Shown here piece after piece: positions 9,093 through 19,294 of a stretch of DNA of 64,000 nucleotides. Numbering within the stretch: the first letter of the stretch is position 1; every line of letters begins with the position of its first letter. The position numbers were made by a program, and so were the translations under genes. Below the pieces are notes generated by a model, which saw only the letters and a program-made list of their open reading frames with translations, was not told the origin of the DNA and ran no database searches. This stretch comes from Patescibacteria group bacterium (GTDB lineage Bacteria > Patescibacteriota > Minisyncoccia > Phycocordibacterales > UBA1550), in the NCBI GenBank assembly GCA_038063615.1, contig JBBTUT010000003.1, positions 1,352 to 65,351 on the forward strand. Direction: 5' to 3'.

Positions 9093-10865
9093 ATGGATTC
9101 ACGAGAAATCAGGCGGCGATTCCTTTCATTTTTTGAGAAGCGCGGACATACGGTCATTCCTTCGGCGCCACTGGTGCCGGAGAATGATCCGTCGGTGCTT
9201 TTTAATACTGCGGGGATGCAGCCACTGGTGCCGTATCTCATGGGTGTCCCGCATCCGAGCGGTGCGCGTCTGGTGAATGCGCAAAAATGTGTGCGCACGC
9301 AGGACATCGACGAGGTCGGGGACAAGACGCATGACACTTTTTTTGAAATGCTCGGCAACTGGTCGCTGGGGGACTATTTCAAAGAAGATGCCATCAAATG
9401 GAGTTTTGAATTTTTGACCTCGAAAGAGGAAGGGCTCGGTCTCGACCCTGCGCGTCTCTATGTCACAGTATTCGAGGGCAACGATGATGCGCCGCGCGAT
9501 AATGAAGCGTTCGAGATCTGGAAAAAATATATGCCGGAGAAACGCATCTATTTTATGTCGGCAAAGTCAAACTGGTGGAGTCCGGGAGACAACGGTCCGT
9601 GCGGTCCCGATACGGAAATGTTTTATGATATTACCGAGCATGGACTTGGCGACATGACCAAAGAAGAATATATGGCTGCTGACGACCGACAGGATGTTGT
9701 CGAGATATGGAACGATGTGTTTATGGAGTATGAAAAAAAAGACGGCAAAGTCATCGGCAAGCTCGCAAAGAAAAATGTCGATACGGGCTCCGGTCTTGAG
9801 CGCGTGGCGATGGCGGTGCAGGGGAAAGATAATGTTTTTGATACTGATCTTTTTGAGCCACTGATGCACAGGATCCTTGATCTATCCGGCGGCACAATCA
9901 AAAGTGTTCGCGCGGCGCGTATTGTGGCGGATCATATTCGCACCTCGGTGATGATGATCGCGGACGGTGTGCGTCCCTCAAATACGGATCAGGGGTATAT
10001 TTTGCGCAGGCTTCTTCGTCGTGCGGTGCGTTTTGCGGATATTCTCGGGGTGGGACATGGGATGCTTTCCGAGCTCGTGCCAATCGTTGCCGAGAAATAT
10101 AAAGGTGTGTACGACAATGTCGCGGACATGGATGGCGCGATAGTCAAAGAGATATGGGAAGAAGAGGACAAATTCAGAAAGACGCTTGAGCGCGGGCTAA
10201 AAGAACTCACGCACCTCCTTAAGAAGGGAGCGGTTTCAAGTATCGATGCTTTTACTCTTTTTTCAACATACGGTTTTCCTATCGAGATGACTGAAGAGCT
10301 TGCAAAAGAGGAGGGAATCTCTGTCGACACGGCGGGATTTTATACTGAATTTAAAAAGCACCAAGAGCTCTCCCGTGCCGGCGCAGAGCAAAAGTTTAAA
10401 GGCGGGCTCGCGGATACAAGCGAGTCGTCGGTCAAGTACCATACCGCGACGCACATGCTCAATCAGGCGCTCCGCACGGTGCTCGGCGAGCATATCTCTC
10501 AAAAGGGTTCCAACATCACCGCCGAGAGGCTCCGCTTCGATTTTGCGCACGATGCGAAAATGACCGACGAACAAAAGAAAGCAGTCGAGGACTTGGTCAA
10601 TCAAAAGATCGCCGAAGCATTGCCGGTGACCTATGAGGATATTTCAATAGAAGAAGCAAAAAATCGCGGAGCCATTGGTGTCTTTGGCGAAAAATACGGA
10701 GAGGTGGTGCGCGTGTACCAAGTTGGCGAAGGCGACAAGCGGTTCAGTATCGAAATGTGCGGTGGTCCGCATGTGAAAAATACGAGCGAGCTTGGACATT
10801 TCAAAATTCAAAAAGAGGAGGCGGTCGCACAAGGAATTCGTAGAATTAAAGCGGTGCTGGAATAA
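9093..10865 (+). CDS. alaS: Alanine--tRNA ligase (short form lacking C-Ala domain)
   Basis: LFNTAGMQ, TFFEMLGNWS, DTGSGLER, HTATH, EMCGGPH; ends after GIRRIKA. Confidence 0.97.
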   Translation: MDSREIRRRFLSFFEKRGHTVIPSAPLVPENDPSVLFNTAGMQPLVPYLMGVPHPSGARLVNAQKCVRTQDIDEVGDKTHDTFFEMLGNWSLGDYFKEDAIKWSFEFLTSKEEGLGLDPARLYVTVFEGNDDAPRDNEAFEIWKKYMPEKRIYFMSAKSNWWSPGDNGPCGPDTEMFYDITEHGLGDMTKEEYMAADDRQDVVEIWNDVFMEYEKKDGKVIGKLAKKNVDTGSGLERVAMAVQGKDNVFDTDLFEPLMHRILDLSGGTIKSVRAARIVADHIRTSVMMIADGVRPSNTDQGYILRRLLRRAVRFADILGVGHGMLSELVPIVAEKYKGVYDNVADMDGAIVKEIWEEEDKFRKTLERGLKELTHLLKKGAVSSIDAFTLFSTYGFPIEMTEELAKEEGISVDTAGFYTEFKKHQELSRAGAEQKFKGGLADTSESSVKYHTATHMLNQALRTVLGEHISQKGSNITAERLRFDFAHDAKMTDEQKKAVEDLVNQKIAEALPVTYEDISIEEAKNRGAIGVFGEKYGEVVRVYQVGEGDKRFSIEMCGGPHVKNTSELGHFKIQKEEAVAQGIRRIKAVLE

Positions 10866-10904
10866 TTGAATTAAGATTTCTTCTCGTGCTATACTGAATG
10901 CACG

Positions 10905-12098
10905 ATGGCTTTTTCTTTTTTTACAAAACGCATACAGAACGAAGGTGTTGCCCTCCTTATAGACATTGGGTCGGCGAGCGTTGGGGGCGCGCTGGTGAAA
11001 ATTGAGAAAGGCAGAGCCCCGCACATTCTAGCGACGACGCGCGAAGATATTTCATTTCAAGAGGAGCTCTCCTCGACGCGTTTTGTGCTCGCGATGAATC
11101 ACGCTCTCGACCGAGCGCTGAAAACAGTTCAGGCAAAAATAAAAACAACAGGGGTTGGGGCTCCGGCACACATTTTCTGCACACTTTCATCGCCATGGTT
11201 CATTTTAAAAAGCCGTCATATCCATATTGCGCGAGAAAAAGCATTTGAAGTGTCTGAGCGTTCTCTTGAAGAATTTTTAAACGAGGAGATAGAGAAGTTG
11301 AAAGGGGAGCTCAAAGAAACGCTTCCGCCAAAGGATGTGCGGATCATCGAAAAGAATATCATCCAGATGAAGCTCAATGGCTATGAGGTGAAAAATCCTT
11401 ACGGGCGGGAAATATCGCAAATGGAGCTCACGATGACCGTCGGCGTCTCTTCTTTGCGGGTCATTCAGAGTATCGAAAGGAAATTGAGCAATTTTTTCCA
11501 CACGACTTCGCTTCATTTTGGCGTGTTTCCTCTCGCGGCGTTTAGCACTATTCGAGATATGTTCTCCGACGAAAAGAATTTTCTTTTTCTCGATATTACC
11601 GGCGAAGCGACCGATGTATCGTTGGTGAACAATGACCTTCTGGTGAGCACCATGTCGTTCCCCTATGGCAAAAACTTTTTCATCCGTGAAATATCCACGG
11701 GGCTCCATACTCCTCACGAGGAAGCGGTGTCATTGCTGAACATGTTTCTTGCGGGGACATTGGACGGCTCGAAGCATAACGATGTGAAAAACCTCGTCGA
11801 GTATGTAGAAAATAAATGGCTGGCGCGGTTTGAAAAAATACTCGCCTCGTTTTCGGGGCAGGGAGTCCTCCCGCGCACGGTGTTCTTTACGGCGGACACC
11901 GATATTGCAGAGCTTTTTTCGAAAATTATCGGCAGAGCGAAAATAGAACCTCGCACAAGTGAACCTCTCGATATCAAGCATCTCGACCAGTTTCTCGCGG
12001 CGAAGTTCGTCTCGTTCGAGAGCGAGGTCATTCGCGATCCGTTCATCGCGGTCGAAGCGCTTCTCGCGGCAAAGATCGTTTCATCATTAAAAAAATAA
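10905..12098 (+). CDS. Hypothetical protein with actin-like ATPase (FtsA/PilM-like) features
   Basis: LLIDIGSASV and FLDITGEATDV phosphate-loop-like motifs. Confidence 0.6.
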   Translation: MAFSFFTKRIQNEGVALLIDIGSASVGGALVKIEKGRAPHILATTREDISFQEELSSTRFVLAMNHALDRALKTVQAKIKTTGVGAPAHIFCTLSSPWFILKSRHIHIAREKAFEVSERSLEEFLNEEIEKLKGELKETLPPKDVRIIEKNIIQMKLNGYEVKNPYGREISQMELTMTVGVSSLRVIQSIERKLSNFFHTTSLHFGVFPLAAFSTIRDMFSDEKNFLFLDITGEATDVSLVNNDLLVSTMSFPYGKNFFIREISTGLHTPHEEAVSLLNMFLAGTLDGSKHNDVKNLVEYVENKWLARFEKILASFSGQGVLPRTVFFTADTDIAELFSKIIGRAKIEPRTSEPLDIKHLDQFLAAKFVSFESEVIRDPFIAVEALLAAKIVSSLKK

Positions 12099-12102
12099 AA
12101 AT

Positions 12103-13437
12103 ATGGATGATATTATTCGAAAACCGATGAAAGATGTGATTGTACCGCACAATGAGATCGCGCGCCGACCGGCTATGGCTCCGGAACCCCGTCACGAGGA
12201 GGGGAAAGGAGAGGACCGCATCGAAAAGAATCCATTTTTTGAAAAAGGTCCGAGCAGGGGAGGATTTGCTCCTGAAGGAAAGAAGTCAGGTTCGCGGAAC
12301 ATTATTTGGATCTTTGCCGTCCTCGTTCTTCTCGGCGCCGTATTCCTTGTCGCAAACTATTTTTCGTCGGCGACGGTCGAGATCGCTCCCCTCACGCGCA
12401 ATGCGCGTATCGAGCACGACTTTGTCGCGACGGCGTTGAAAGGGGCCACCGAAGACGACCTCGCTTTCAATTTTACGAGTATCACCGAGGAGAAGACAAA
12501 AGAAGTGCCGGCGACGATAGAGAAAAAGATCCAAAAGAAAGCGTCGGGCAGGGTGCTTATTTTCAACGCGTACAATAGTAGTAGCCAGCGACTGATCAAA
12601 AATACGCGCCTCGAATCGGCGGACCGCAAGATCTTCCGCATCGATGAATCGGTGGTGGTCCCCGGAATGAAGGTTGTTGGCGGAAAAAGCGTACCGGGAT
12701 CGGTTGAAGCTATCGTATACGCCGATGTGCCGGGAAAAGAATACAACATCGGGCTCGGAGACTTCACGATTCCCGGGTTCAAGGGCGATCCGCGCTATGC
12801 GAAGTTTACCGCGCGTTCCAAAACGGAATTTCCCATCAGCGGGGGATTTTCGGGAACCATAAAAGTTCCCTCGGACGAAGCGGTTCTCTCCGCGCAGGAT
12901 GAGCTCAAGCAAGACCTCAAAAAAATTGCTGTTGAAAAAGTGCGCGCGGAAGTTCCCGAGGGCATGTCATTATTCCCGGGGAGCATGGTCATCAAGTTTG
13001 AAGAAGTACCGCAGGAGCTCACTGCGAGCGATGTGTCAAAGGTCATCGTGCGCGCCACCGCCTCGGTATTTTTCTTCGACACCGATCTGCTTGCGCGGAA
13101 GTTTGCCGAGGCGTCGCTGTCAGAATATAAAGGGAACCATCTTTCCGTTTCCAATATGTCCGCGCTCGCTTTTTCTTTCATTGACCCCGTGGACAATGTG
13201 ATTTTGTCCGACCTGTCAAAGATTCGTTTTCATATAGTTGGCGACGCGGTGTTTGTGGGACAGATCGACGAGCAAAAGATCCGCTCCGCGCTCATCGGGA
13301 AAAATAAAAAAGATTTCGGCAAGATCATCATCGACCAAAACAATGTCGGAAAAGCGGAGGCGGTGATCCGTCCGATGTGGAAGACGGCATTTCCACTTGA
13401 CCCCGCAAAGATCACGATAAAAATACTCAATGATTGA
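12103..13437 (+). CDS. Single-TM hypothetical protein (baseplate J-like extracellular region)
   Basis: TM near residues 68-86; KASGRVLIFN..TRL and ADVPGKEYNIG segments. Confidence 0.55.
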   Translation: MDDIIRKPMKDVIVPHNEIARRPAMAPEPRHEEGKGEDRIEKNPFFEKGPSRGGFAPEGKKSGSRNIIWIFAVLVLLGAVFLVANYFSSATVEIAPLTRNARIEHDFVATALKGATEDDLAFNFTSITEEKTKEVPATIEKKIQKKASGRVLIFNAYNSSSQRLIKNTRLESADRKIFRIDESVVVPGMKVVGGKSVPGSVEAIVYADVPGKEYNIGLGDFTIPGFKGDPRYAKFTARSKTEFPISGGFSGTIKVPSDEAVLSAQDELKQDLKKIAVEKVRAEVPEGMSLFPGSMVIKFEEVPQELTASDVSKVIVRATASVFFFDTDLLARKFAEASLSEYKGNHLSVSNMSALAFSFIDPVDNVILSDLSKIRFHIVGDAVFVGQIDEQKIRSALIGKNKKDFGKIIIDQNNVGKAEAVIRPMWKTAFPLDPAKITIKILND

Positions 13438-13473
13438 CGCCGGCATATACTTTTGGTATTATACAATCTCACA

Positions 13474-13689
13474 ATGGCAGAAATAGAAAAAGAAGAAATT
13501 GTCCAAGGGGAAGTCATCGAATCGCTTCCGAGTGCGATGTTTCGCGTAGAGTTTCCTGACGGGAAGGTCCTCATATCTTACCTTGCGGGCAAAATGCGCT
13601 TGCATCGTATCAAGGTGCTGGTGGGGGACAAGGTTTTGGTGAAGATTGACCCCTATGGCGGAAAGGGCAGGATCACCAAGAGATTGTAG
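13474..13689 (+). CDS. infA: Translation initiation factor IF-1
   Basis: GEVIESLPSAMFRV..YLAGKMRLHRIKVLVGDKV. Confidence 0.97.
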   Translation: MAEIEKEEIVQGEVIESLPSAMFRVEFPDGKVLISYLAGKMRLHRIKVLVGDKVLVKIDPYGGKGRITKRL

Positions 13690-13790
13690 GGACAATTGTC
13701 AATTGTTTTTAGTCAATTGTGGCATCCGCTTCGCGGATGCCTTGCATTTAATTTCAAAATGCGGTAGAGTACTCAAATCGTTTTAAAAAT

Positions 13791-13904
13791 ATGAAAGTAC
13801 GAGCATCAGTAAAGAAAATCTGCGTGAAATGCAAGACGGTCAAGCGCGGTGATCGTATTCGCGTCATCTGCGCAGACCCGCGCCATAAGCAGCGCCAAGG
13901 ATAG
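13791..13904 (+). CDS. rpmJ: 50S ribosomal protein L36 (not in ORF track)
   Basis: Manual translation [37 protein letters not shown]. Confidence 0.98.
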   Translation: MKVRASVKKICVKCKTVKRGDRIRVICADPRHKQRQG

Positions 13905-13935
13905 ATATTTTTTCATTAATTATTCATTTTATATT

Positions 13936-14316
13936 ATGCGCATCCTAGGAGTAACTATACCGGACGAAAAGAGATTGGAGATCAGCTTGACCGCGGTGTA
14001 CGGTATCGGTCGTGCTCGCGCAAAGGAGCTTCTCGACAAAGCAAAGATCGAGCACGGCAAACGCGCCAAAGAGCTCTCCGCTGACGACGAGGCAAAGATC
14101 CGCAAGATGGTCGAAGGCCTCACGCTCGAAGGCGATCTCAAGCGTGAAATCTCGACCAATGTCAAACGGCTGAAGGAGATCAAATCCTACCGCGGTTCGC
14201 GCCATATGAAAAAGCTTCCTGCACGGGGACAGCGCACCAAGACGAACTCGCGCACGGTGCGTGGCAATGTGAGGAAGACGATGGGTAGCGGGCGTCGTAA
14301 GGCAGACAAGAAGTAA
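13936..14316 (+). CDS. rpsM: 30S ribosomal protein S13
   Basis: MRILGVTIP..YRGSRHMKKLPARGQRTKTN. Confidence 0.98.
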   Translation: MRILGVTIPDEKRLEISLTAVYGIGRARAKELLDKAKIEHGKRAKELSADDEAKIRKMVEGLTLEGDLKREISTNVKRLKEIKSYRGSRHMKKLPARGQRTKTNSRTVRGNVRKTMGSGRRKADKK

Positions 14317-14317
14317 T

Positions 14318-14405
14318 TTAACAAACAACAAACAACTGACAACTAACAACAAGCACGGGGGAGAAGGCATTGATTGTAGAGAGTAAGTCGTGAGTTGTAA
14401 GTCAA
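14318..14405. repeat. Inverted heptamer-like repeats between rpsM and rpsK
   Basis: ACAAACAACAAACAACTGACAACTAACAAC ... GTAAGTCGTGAGTTGTAAGTC. Confidence 0.7.
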
Positions 14406-14412
14406 AAACACC

Positions 14413-14847
14413 ATGGGCAAAAAACGAATTATCAAAAAAGAAGGACAGAGTGTTGATCAGGGATTGGTATCCCGCGCTCTTTCTCGCACCGCAAAAAAGA
14501 AGCTCGTTCAGGGAACGCTCTTTGTTCAGTCGACCTATAACAATACAAAGGTGCTCCTTGCCGACAATGTCGGGAACGCACTCGTATGGTCGTCGTCCGG
14601 TTCGCTCGGTTTCAAGGGGGCGAAGAAGGGGACCCCGTTTGCCGCCGCAAAGGTCGGCGAGCTCGTGGGAGAAAAGGCGGCGGCAATCGGTATCAAAGAA
14701 GTTGTCGTCGTCGTGAAAGGCGTTGGTGCCGGCCGTGAGAGCTCGATTCGCGGGTTCAATTCAAAAGGCATTGACATTACTTTGATCCGCGATGTGACTC
14801 CCGTCCCGCACAATGGACCGAAGCCAAAGAAGCCACGCAGAATCTAA
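14413..14847 (+). CDS. rpsK: 30S ribosomal protein S11
   Basis: STYNNT, GFKGAKKGTPFAA, DVTPVPHNG. Confidence 0.98.
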   Translation: MGKKRIIKKEGQSVDQGLVSRALSRTAKKKLVQGTLFVQSTYNNTKVLLADNVGNALVWSSSGSLGFKGAKKGTPFAAAKVGELVGEKAAAIGIKEVVVVVKGVGAGRESSIRGFNSKGIDITLIRDVTPVPHNGPKPKKPRRI

Positions 14848-14883
14848 TTGTCCATTTTATTTTAATCGTTTTAGTATTTGCAT

Positions 14884-15516
14884 ATGATCACCGACCAGAA
14901 ATGTAAAAAATGCCGTCGTGCCGGAGAAAAACTCTTCCTCAAAGGAGAACGATGCTTCACGCCGAAATGCGCAATGGAGCGCAAGCCGTATCCTCCGGGA
15001 CGGCTTATCTCCGAGAAGAAGCATCGTTCGTCGGTGACCGAGTACGGTACGCAGATGAAGGAGAAGCAAAAGGTGCGCAATACCTATCGTGTTACCGAAA
15101 AACAGTTTTCAAACTATGTGAAAGAAGCTTCCGGCAAGCGCGGAGCAAACCCGGCAGAAAACCTTTTTGAGAGCTTGGAGTCGCGCCTCGACAGCGCCGT
15201 ATTCCGCGCTGGATTCGCGGGATCTCGTTCGCTTTCGCGCCAGATGGTGGCGCATGGGCATATTACGGTCAATGGGCGCCGTACCACCATCGCGTCTCGC
15301 CAGCTCAAAGTCGGCGATGTCCTCGCGATTCGCGCGGGAAGTGCCGGCTCGAAGCTTTTTGAAGGGTTGGGTGAGAAATGGAAGACCGCAACCGTGCCGA
15401 CATGGATCAAGACTGATGCCGGCAAGCTCACTGCAGTATTTCAGGGCAAGCCGAAGGTTGGACAAGGGGAGTCGTCGTTCAACCTCACTTCGGTCATTGA
15501 GTTTTACAGCCGTTAG
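14884..15516 (+). CDS. rpsD: 30S ribosomal protein S4
   Basis: CKKCRRAGEKLFLKGERC zinc motif, LESRLD, S4 domain, EFYSR. Confidence 0.97.
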   Translation: MITDQKCKKCRRAGEKLFLKGERCFTPKCAMERKPYPPGRLISEKKHRSSVTEYGTQMKEKQKVRNTYRVTEKQFSNYVKEASGKRGANPAENLFESLESRLDSAVFRAGFAGSRSLSRQMVAHGHITVNGRRTTIASRQLKVGDVLAIRAGSAGSKLFEGLGEKWKTATVPTWIKTDAGKLTAVFQGKPKVGQGESSFNLTSVIEFYSR

Positions 15517-15585
15517 CCGTTAGCGTTTGCATTTATCAAGAAGATAATGTATAGTTTCCTCGTCTAATTTATATTTTAAATCACT

Positions 15586-16554
15586 ATGCTCGACTACAAC
15601 ATCACATTGCCATCGAAACCGAAAGTTCTCGCAGAGGACGGTTTTAAAGGGAGTTACGAGATTGAAGGCCTTTACCCGGGGTACGGACATACGCTTGGCA
15701 ATTCCCTCCGCCGCATCATCCTTTCTTCGCTTTTCGGCGCGGCTATTACGACGGTGAAGATTGACGGCGTATCGCACGAGTTCTCAACGCTCGAGGGCGT
15801 GAAAGAGGATGTCATCACCATTCTTCTCAATTTGAAAAAAGCGCGATTCAAGCTTTCGACGATGGAGCCACAGACGGTGACGCTTTCGGTCAAAGGGGCA
15901 AAAAATGTGACCGCCGGCGACATCAAAGTTTCCGGTCAGGTGGAAGTTTTGAATCCTGAACAGCACATCGCAACCTTGACCGACAAGAGCGCGTCGCTCA
16001 ATATCGAGATTGTGGTGGCAAAAGGCTTCGGATATGTTCCAAAGGAGGTGCATCAGAAGGAAAAGGTGGACATCGGCACTATCGCCGTGGATGCAATCTT
16101 TACGCCTATTCGCCGTGTAAACTACGAAGTGGACAACATGCGCGTAGGTGATCGTACCGACTACAATCGTTTGAGCATCAGCATCGAGACCGACGGGACT
16201 ATTTCTCCGCGCACCGCGCTCGAGGCATCGATTGAGATCATGATAAACCAGCTCAAGGCGATTATCGGTTTCGTCGAAAAAGAGGAAGTCGAGAAAAAGG
16301 AAGCTGCGACAAAAGCGGATGAGAAGCCGGCAAAGAAAGAAACGGCAGACAATGATTTCTTGAAGACGCGCGTAGAGAGTCTCGACCTTTCCGCTCGCAC
16401 GACGAACGCGCTTTCAAACGCAAACATCCGCACGATCGGCGGGCTTGCACGCAAGACCGAAGAGGACCTTTTGGAGATCGACGGTTTGGGCGACAAGGGC
16501 ATTCAGGAGATCAAGCGCGCACTCGGAGCACACGACATCACGCTCAAGGCATAA
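15586..16554 (+). CDS. rpoA: RNA polymerase alpha subunit
   Basis: GYGHTLGNSLRRIILSS, HEFSTLEGVKED, alpha-CTD LSARTTNAL. Confidence 0.98.
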   Translation: MLDYNITLPSKPKVLAEDGFKGSYEIEGLYPGYGHTLGNSLRRIILSSLFGAAITTVKIDGVSHEFSTLEGVKEDVITILLNLKKARFKLSTMEPQTVTLSVKGAKNVTAGDIKVSGQVEVLNPEQHIATLTDKSASLNIEIVVAKGFGYVPKEVHQKEKVDIGTIAVDAIFTPIRRVNYEVDNMRVGDRTDYNRLSISIETDGTISPRTALEASIEIMINQLKAIIGFVEKEEVEKKEAATKADEKPAKKETADNDFLKTRVESLDLSARTTNALSNANIRTIGGLARKTEEDLLEIDGLGDKGIQEIKRALGAHDITLKA

Positions 16555-16591
16555 ACTATTGACTATTTACTACTAACTATCAACTGCTACC

Positions 16592-16954
16592 ATGAAACAT
16601 CACAAGTCGATTCGAAAATTTGGACGAGACCACGCAGGACGCATTGCGCTCCTCCGCTCCCTCGCGCTTGCGCTCATTACGCGCGAGCACATTCAGACGA
16701 CCGAGGCGCGCGCCAAGGAACTCCGTCCATTCATCGAAAAGCTCGTGACTCATGGTCGCGTAGCCGACCTCGCATCTCGCCGTCTTATCATTTCTCGCTT
16801 GGGCGGTGTGGATGGCGAGAGCGGTGCGAAAAAGATCATCGAAGAGATCGCGCCTCGCTACAAAGAGCGTGCGGGCGGGTACACTCGTGTTTTGAAACTC
16901 CCTCGTCGTCAAGGGGATGCAAGCAAAATGGCAATTATTGAATTTGTGAATTAA
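16592..16954 (+). CDS. rplQ: 50S ribosomal protein L17
   Basis: IQTTEARAKELR, RYKERAGGYTRVLK. Confidence 0.98.
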   Translation: MKHHKSIRKFGRDHAGRIALLRSLALALITREHIQTTEARAKELRPFIEKLVTHGRVADLASRRLIISRLGGVDGESGAKKIIEEIAPRYKERAGGYTRVLKLPRRQGDASKMAIIEFVN

Positions 16955-17056
16955 CAGACAACAGACAACAGACAACAGACAACAGACAACAGACAACAGA
17001 TACGGGTACGAAAGCAGAGCATCCGTCGTAAGTCGTAAGTTGTAGGTTGTAAGTTA
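16953..17056. repeat. (AACAGAC)6 heptamer array plus opposite-sense GTCGTAA/GTTGTAA units
   Basis: Six perfect AACAGAC units and one partial, then GTCGTAAGTCGTAAGTTGTAGGTTGTAAG. Confidence 0.9.
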
Positions 17057-17065
17057 AACTAAACC

Positions 17066-17410
17066 ATGACCTATAAAATTGACGCAAAAGGAAAATCCGT
17101 AGGACGCGTCGCCACCGAGGCGGCGAGTGTTCTCATGGGCAAAACTTCACCCGCATTTCAGAAGCACTTGGCCGCCGATGTCGAGGTGGTGATCGAGAAT
17201 GCATCGAAGGCGACGATCGCGCCAAGCAAGCTCGGTGAGGTTCGCACAAAATCATTCTCCGGCTATCCGGGAGGACTCAAGGAGCGCACGACAGCGCAAG
17301 TCATCGAGAAGAAAGGCTTTGGCGAGATTTTTATTCATGCTATTTCTCGTATGATCCCGCGCAATCGCTTGCACAAAGTGCGCATGAAGAATTTAACGAT
17401 CACCGAATAA
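17066..17410 (+). CDS. rplM: 50S ribosomal protein L13 (short)
   Basis: IDAKGKSVGRVA..LMGK, SGYPGGLK. Confidence 0.93.
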   Translation: MTYKIDAKGKSVGRVATEAASVLMGKTSPAFQKHLAADVEVVIENASKATIAPSKLGEVRTKSFSGYPGGLKERTTAQVIEKKGFGEIFIHAISRMIPRNRLHKVRMKNLTITE

Positions 17411-17411
17411 T

Positions 17412-17915
17412 ATGACGACCAAAGATACTACAACAGAAAAAGAAGTTAAGGAGAAAGCGGCGGTAAAAAAGGCGCCTGTAGCAAAGGCAGTCGCTGGCAA
17501 GCCCGCTGTCGCAAAGGCGGTGGCTGGCAGGTACATCGAGGCTGTCGGTCGTCGCAAGACTTCGACCGCGCGCGTGCGTATTACAGAAGCCACAAAAGAA
17601 AGTGTCGTTGTGAACGACAAGGATGTAAAAACTTATTTTCCTACAGCAGAGCTTCAGAAGATCGTCGCCGAGGCAGTTGAAAAATCAAAGGTTGCAGGCA
17701 AGTTTGCCGTTTCGGTGCTCGTCAAGGGCGGAGGTATCCACTCGCAAGCCGAGGCAGTTCGTCACGGACTCTCCCGTACGATCATAAAGTTTGACGAAGA
17801 GACCAGAAAGCGCCTCAAGAAACTCGGCTTTCTCAAGCGCGACCCACGCATGAAAGAGCGCCGCAAGTTCGGCCTCAAAAAGGCGCGCAAGGCACCACAA
17901 TGGTCCAAGCGTTAA
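17412..17915 (+). CDS. rpsI: 30S ribosomal protein S9
   Basis: GRRKTSTARV, RDPRMKERRKFGLKKARKAPQWSKR. Confidence 0.98.
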   Translation: MTTKDTTTEKEVKEKAAVKKAPVAKAVAGKPAVAKAVAGRYIEAVGRRKTSTARVRITEATKESVVVNDKDVKTYFPTAELQKIVAEAVEKSKVAGKFAVSVLVKGGGIHSQAEAVRHGLSRTIIKFDEETRKRLKKLGFLKRDPRMKERRKFGLKKARKAPQWSKR

Positions 17916-18050
17916 AATATTGAGCGACTGCTTCGTTGCGACGCAGGAAATCTCTGTCAATGTACTCCGTGTACATCTCCGTCGATTTCCTTTCCGCGCC
18001 TCGCATTCATCTCAATATTTGAATGTTTAATTTAAAGATTTTACAAACAC

Positions 18051-18088
18051 AAAGAGCGGGATTGCCTTCGGCAATCCCGCTCTTTGCT
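18051..18088 (+). terminator. Intrinsic terminator after the ribosomal protein operon
   Basis: AAAGAGCGGGATTGCC-TTC-GGCAATCCCGCTCTTT hairpin. Confidence 0.8.
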
Positions 18089-18140
18089 TTATCTCATAAA
18101 AGGTGATAAAATCTCATATATTAGATAATATCAGTAAATT

Positions 18141-19202
18141 ATGGACGATAACGCACGAAAATTTGACCACCGAGTAAAAAACCCCGAGCCCCATATCGTG
18201 GCGCTTTTGGCAGCGATAGACGAAGCGCGCGGCGTTTTCCGCGTTGGCGTTCGTATGACCCCGCAGGCAATCAGCACCCTCCGAAGGTCGATACTGGTGA
18301 CATCGGCCGGCGCATCGACTCGTATTGAAGGGTCGAAACTTTCAGATGAGGAGGTAAAGAAGATTATGCAGGGGCTCTCGATCTCAAAGTTTGCCGATCG
18401 TGATTCCCAAGAAGTGCAGGGGTACCTTGAGACGCTCCAAAATGTTTTCGACAGTTTTCAAACATTAGCACTTCGAGAAAGTACCATCCAAGCACTCCAC
18501 AAAGAGCTTCTCAAGTATTCAACCAAAGACGATCTTCATAGAGGCGAGTACAAAAAGAAAGAAAACATCGTTGGTGTCTTCGGCGAAGACGGCAAAGTTG
18601 CACGCATCGTATTTGAAACTACTCTTGCATGGCAAACACCCGCAGAGATGACCGAGCTCGTAGAGTGGACGCACGAGGCACTCGAAAAGAAACGATTTCA
18701 TCCGCTGCTCATTATCGGCAATTTTCTTATAGAATTTCTCAAGATTCATCCATTTGAAGATGGCAACGGGCGCCTCTCTCGCGTACTCACCAATATGCTT
18801 CTTCTTCGATCTGGTTATACATTTGTGCAGTTCGTTTCGCATGAGCAACTTGTCGAGAAGCGCAAGGATGAATACTATCTCGCACTGCGTGAGTCCCAGA
18901 AAACATTTAAAACGGAGAGCGAATCGATCGCGCCGTGGCTCAATTTCTTTTTGTCTATCGTAAAAGAACAAGCAACCAAAGCACTGGCACTTGTGGACAA
19001 GGAGCATGAAGAAGGCTTGTCGCCGAAGCAAAACGAGGTGCTTCAATTCTTTGCGTCGGTACCCGAAGCAAGCCCCGCCGAAATTGCGGCCGCAACTGGT
19101 ATGATTATTGTCACAGTGAGAAAATCGCTCGAACGGCTTCTTGAGCTTGGGAAAGTGAAGCGCATCGGTCGCGGGAGAGGAACGCGGTATGTGAGGATTT
19201 AA
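18141..19202 (+). CDS. Fic family protein with C-terminal HTH
   Basis: HPFEDGNGRLSR Fic motif; STRIEG inhibitory-type motif; GRGRGTRY wing. Confidence 0.95.
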   Translation: MDDNARKFDHRVKNPEPHIVALLAAIDEARGVFRVGVRMTPQAISTLRRSILVTSAGASTRIEGSKLSDEEVKKIMQGLSISKFADRDSQEVQGYLETLQNVFDSFQTLALRESTIQALHKELLKYSTKDDLHRGEYKKKENIVGVFGEDGKVARIVFETTLAWQTPAEMTELVEWTHEALEKKRFHPLLIIGNFLIEFLKIHPFEDGNGRLSRVLTNMLLLRSGYTFVQFVSHEQLVEKRKDEYYLALRESQKTFKTESESIAPWLNFFLSIVKEQATKALALVDKEHEEGLSPKQNEVLQFFASVPEASPAEIAAATGMIIVTVRKSLERLLELGKVKRIGRGRGTRYVRI

Positions 19203-19294
19203 ATTTATGACATCATTTTGGGAATTTAGTATAGGGGATGAATGTGGGAATCCAGTAGTTCATTATTGGTTCAAAAAGTGGTAGGATTACAAAA

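Noticed and set aside
9093-10865. Short AlaRS as a pseudogene
   Set aside because: Aminoacylation and editing motifs are intact with a clean stop; C-Ala-less AlaRS is common in reduced genomes.
13849-13935. N-terminal extension of S13 in the ORF track
   Set aside because: Overlaps rpmJ in another frame; true start is the ATG at 13936. Similar over-extensions for dnaJ, aspS, the S66 peptidase and the RadC fusion were trimmed.
17476-17530. AKAVAG duplication in the S9 N-terminus
   Set aside because: Low-complexity variable tail; not functionally informative.
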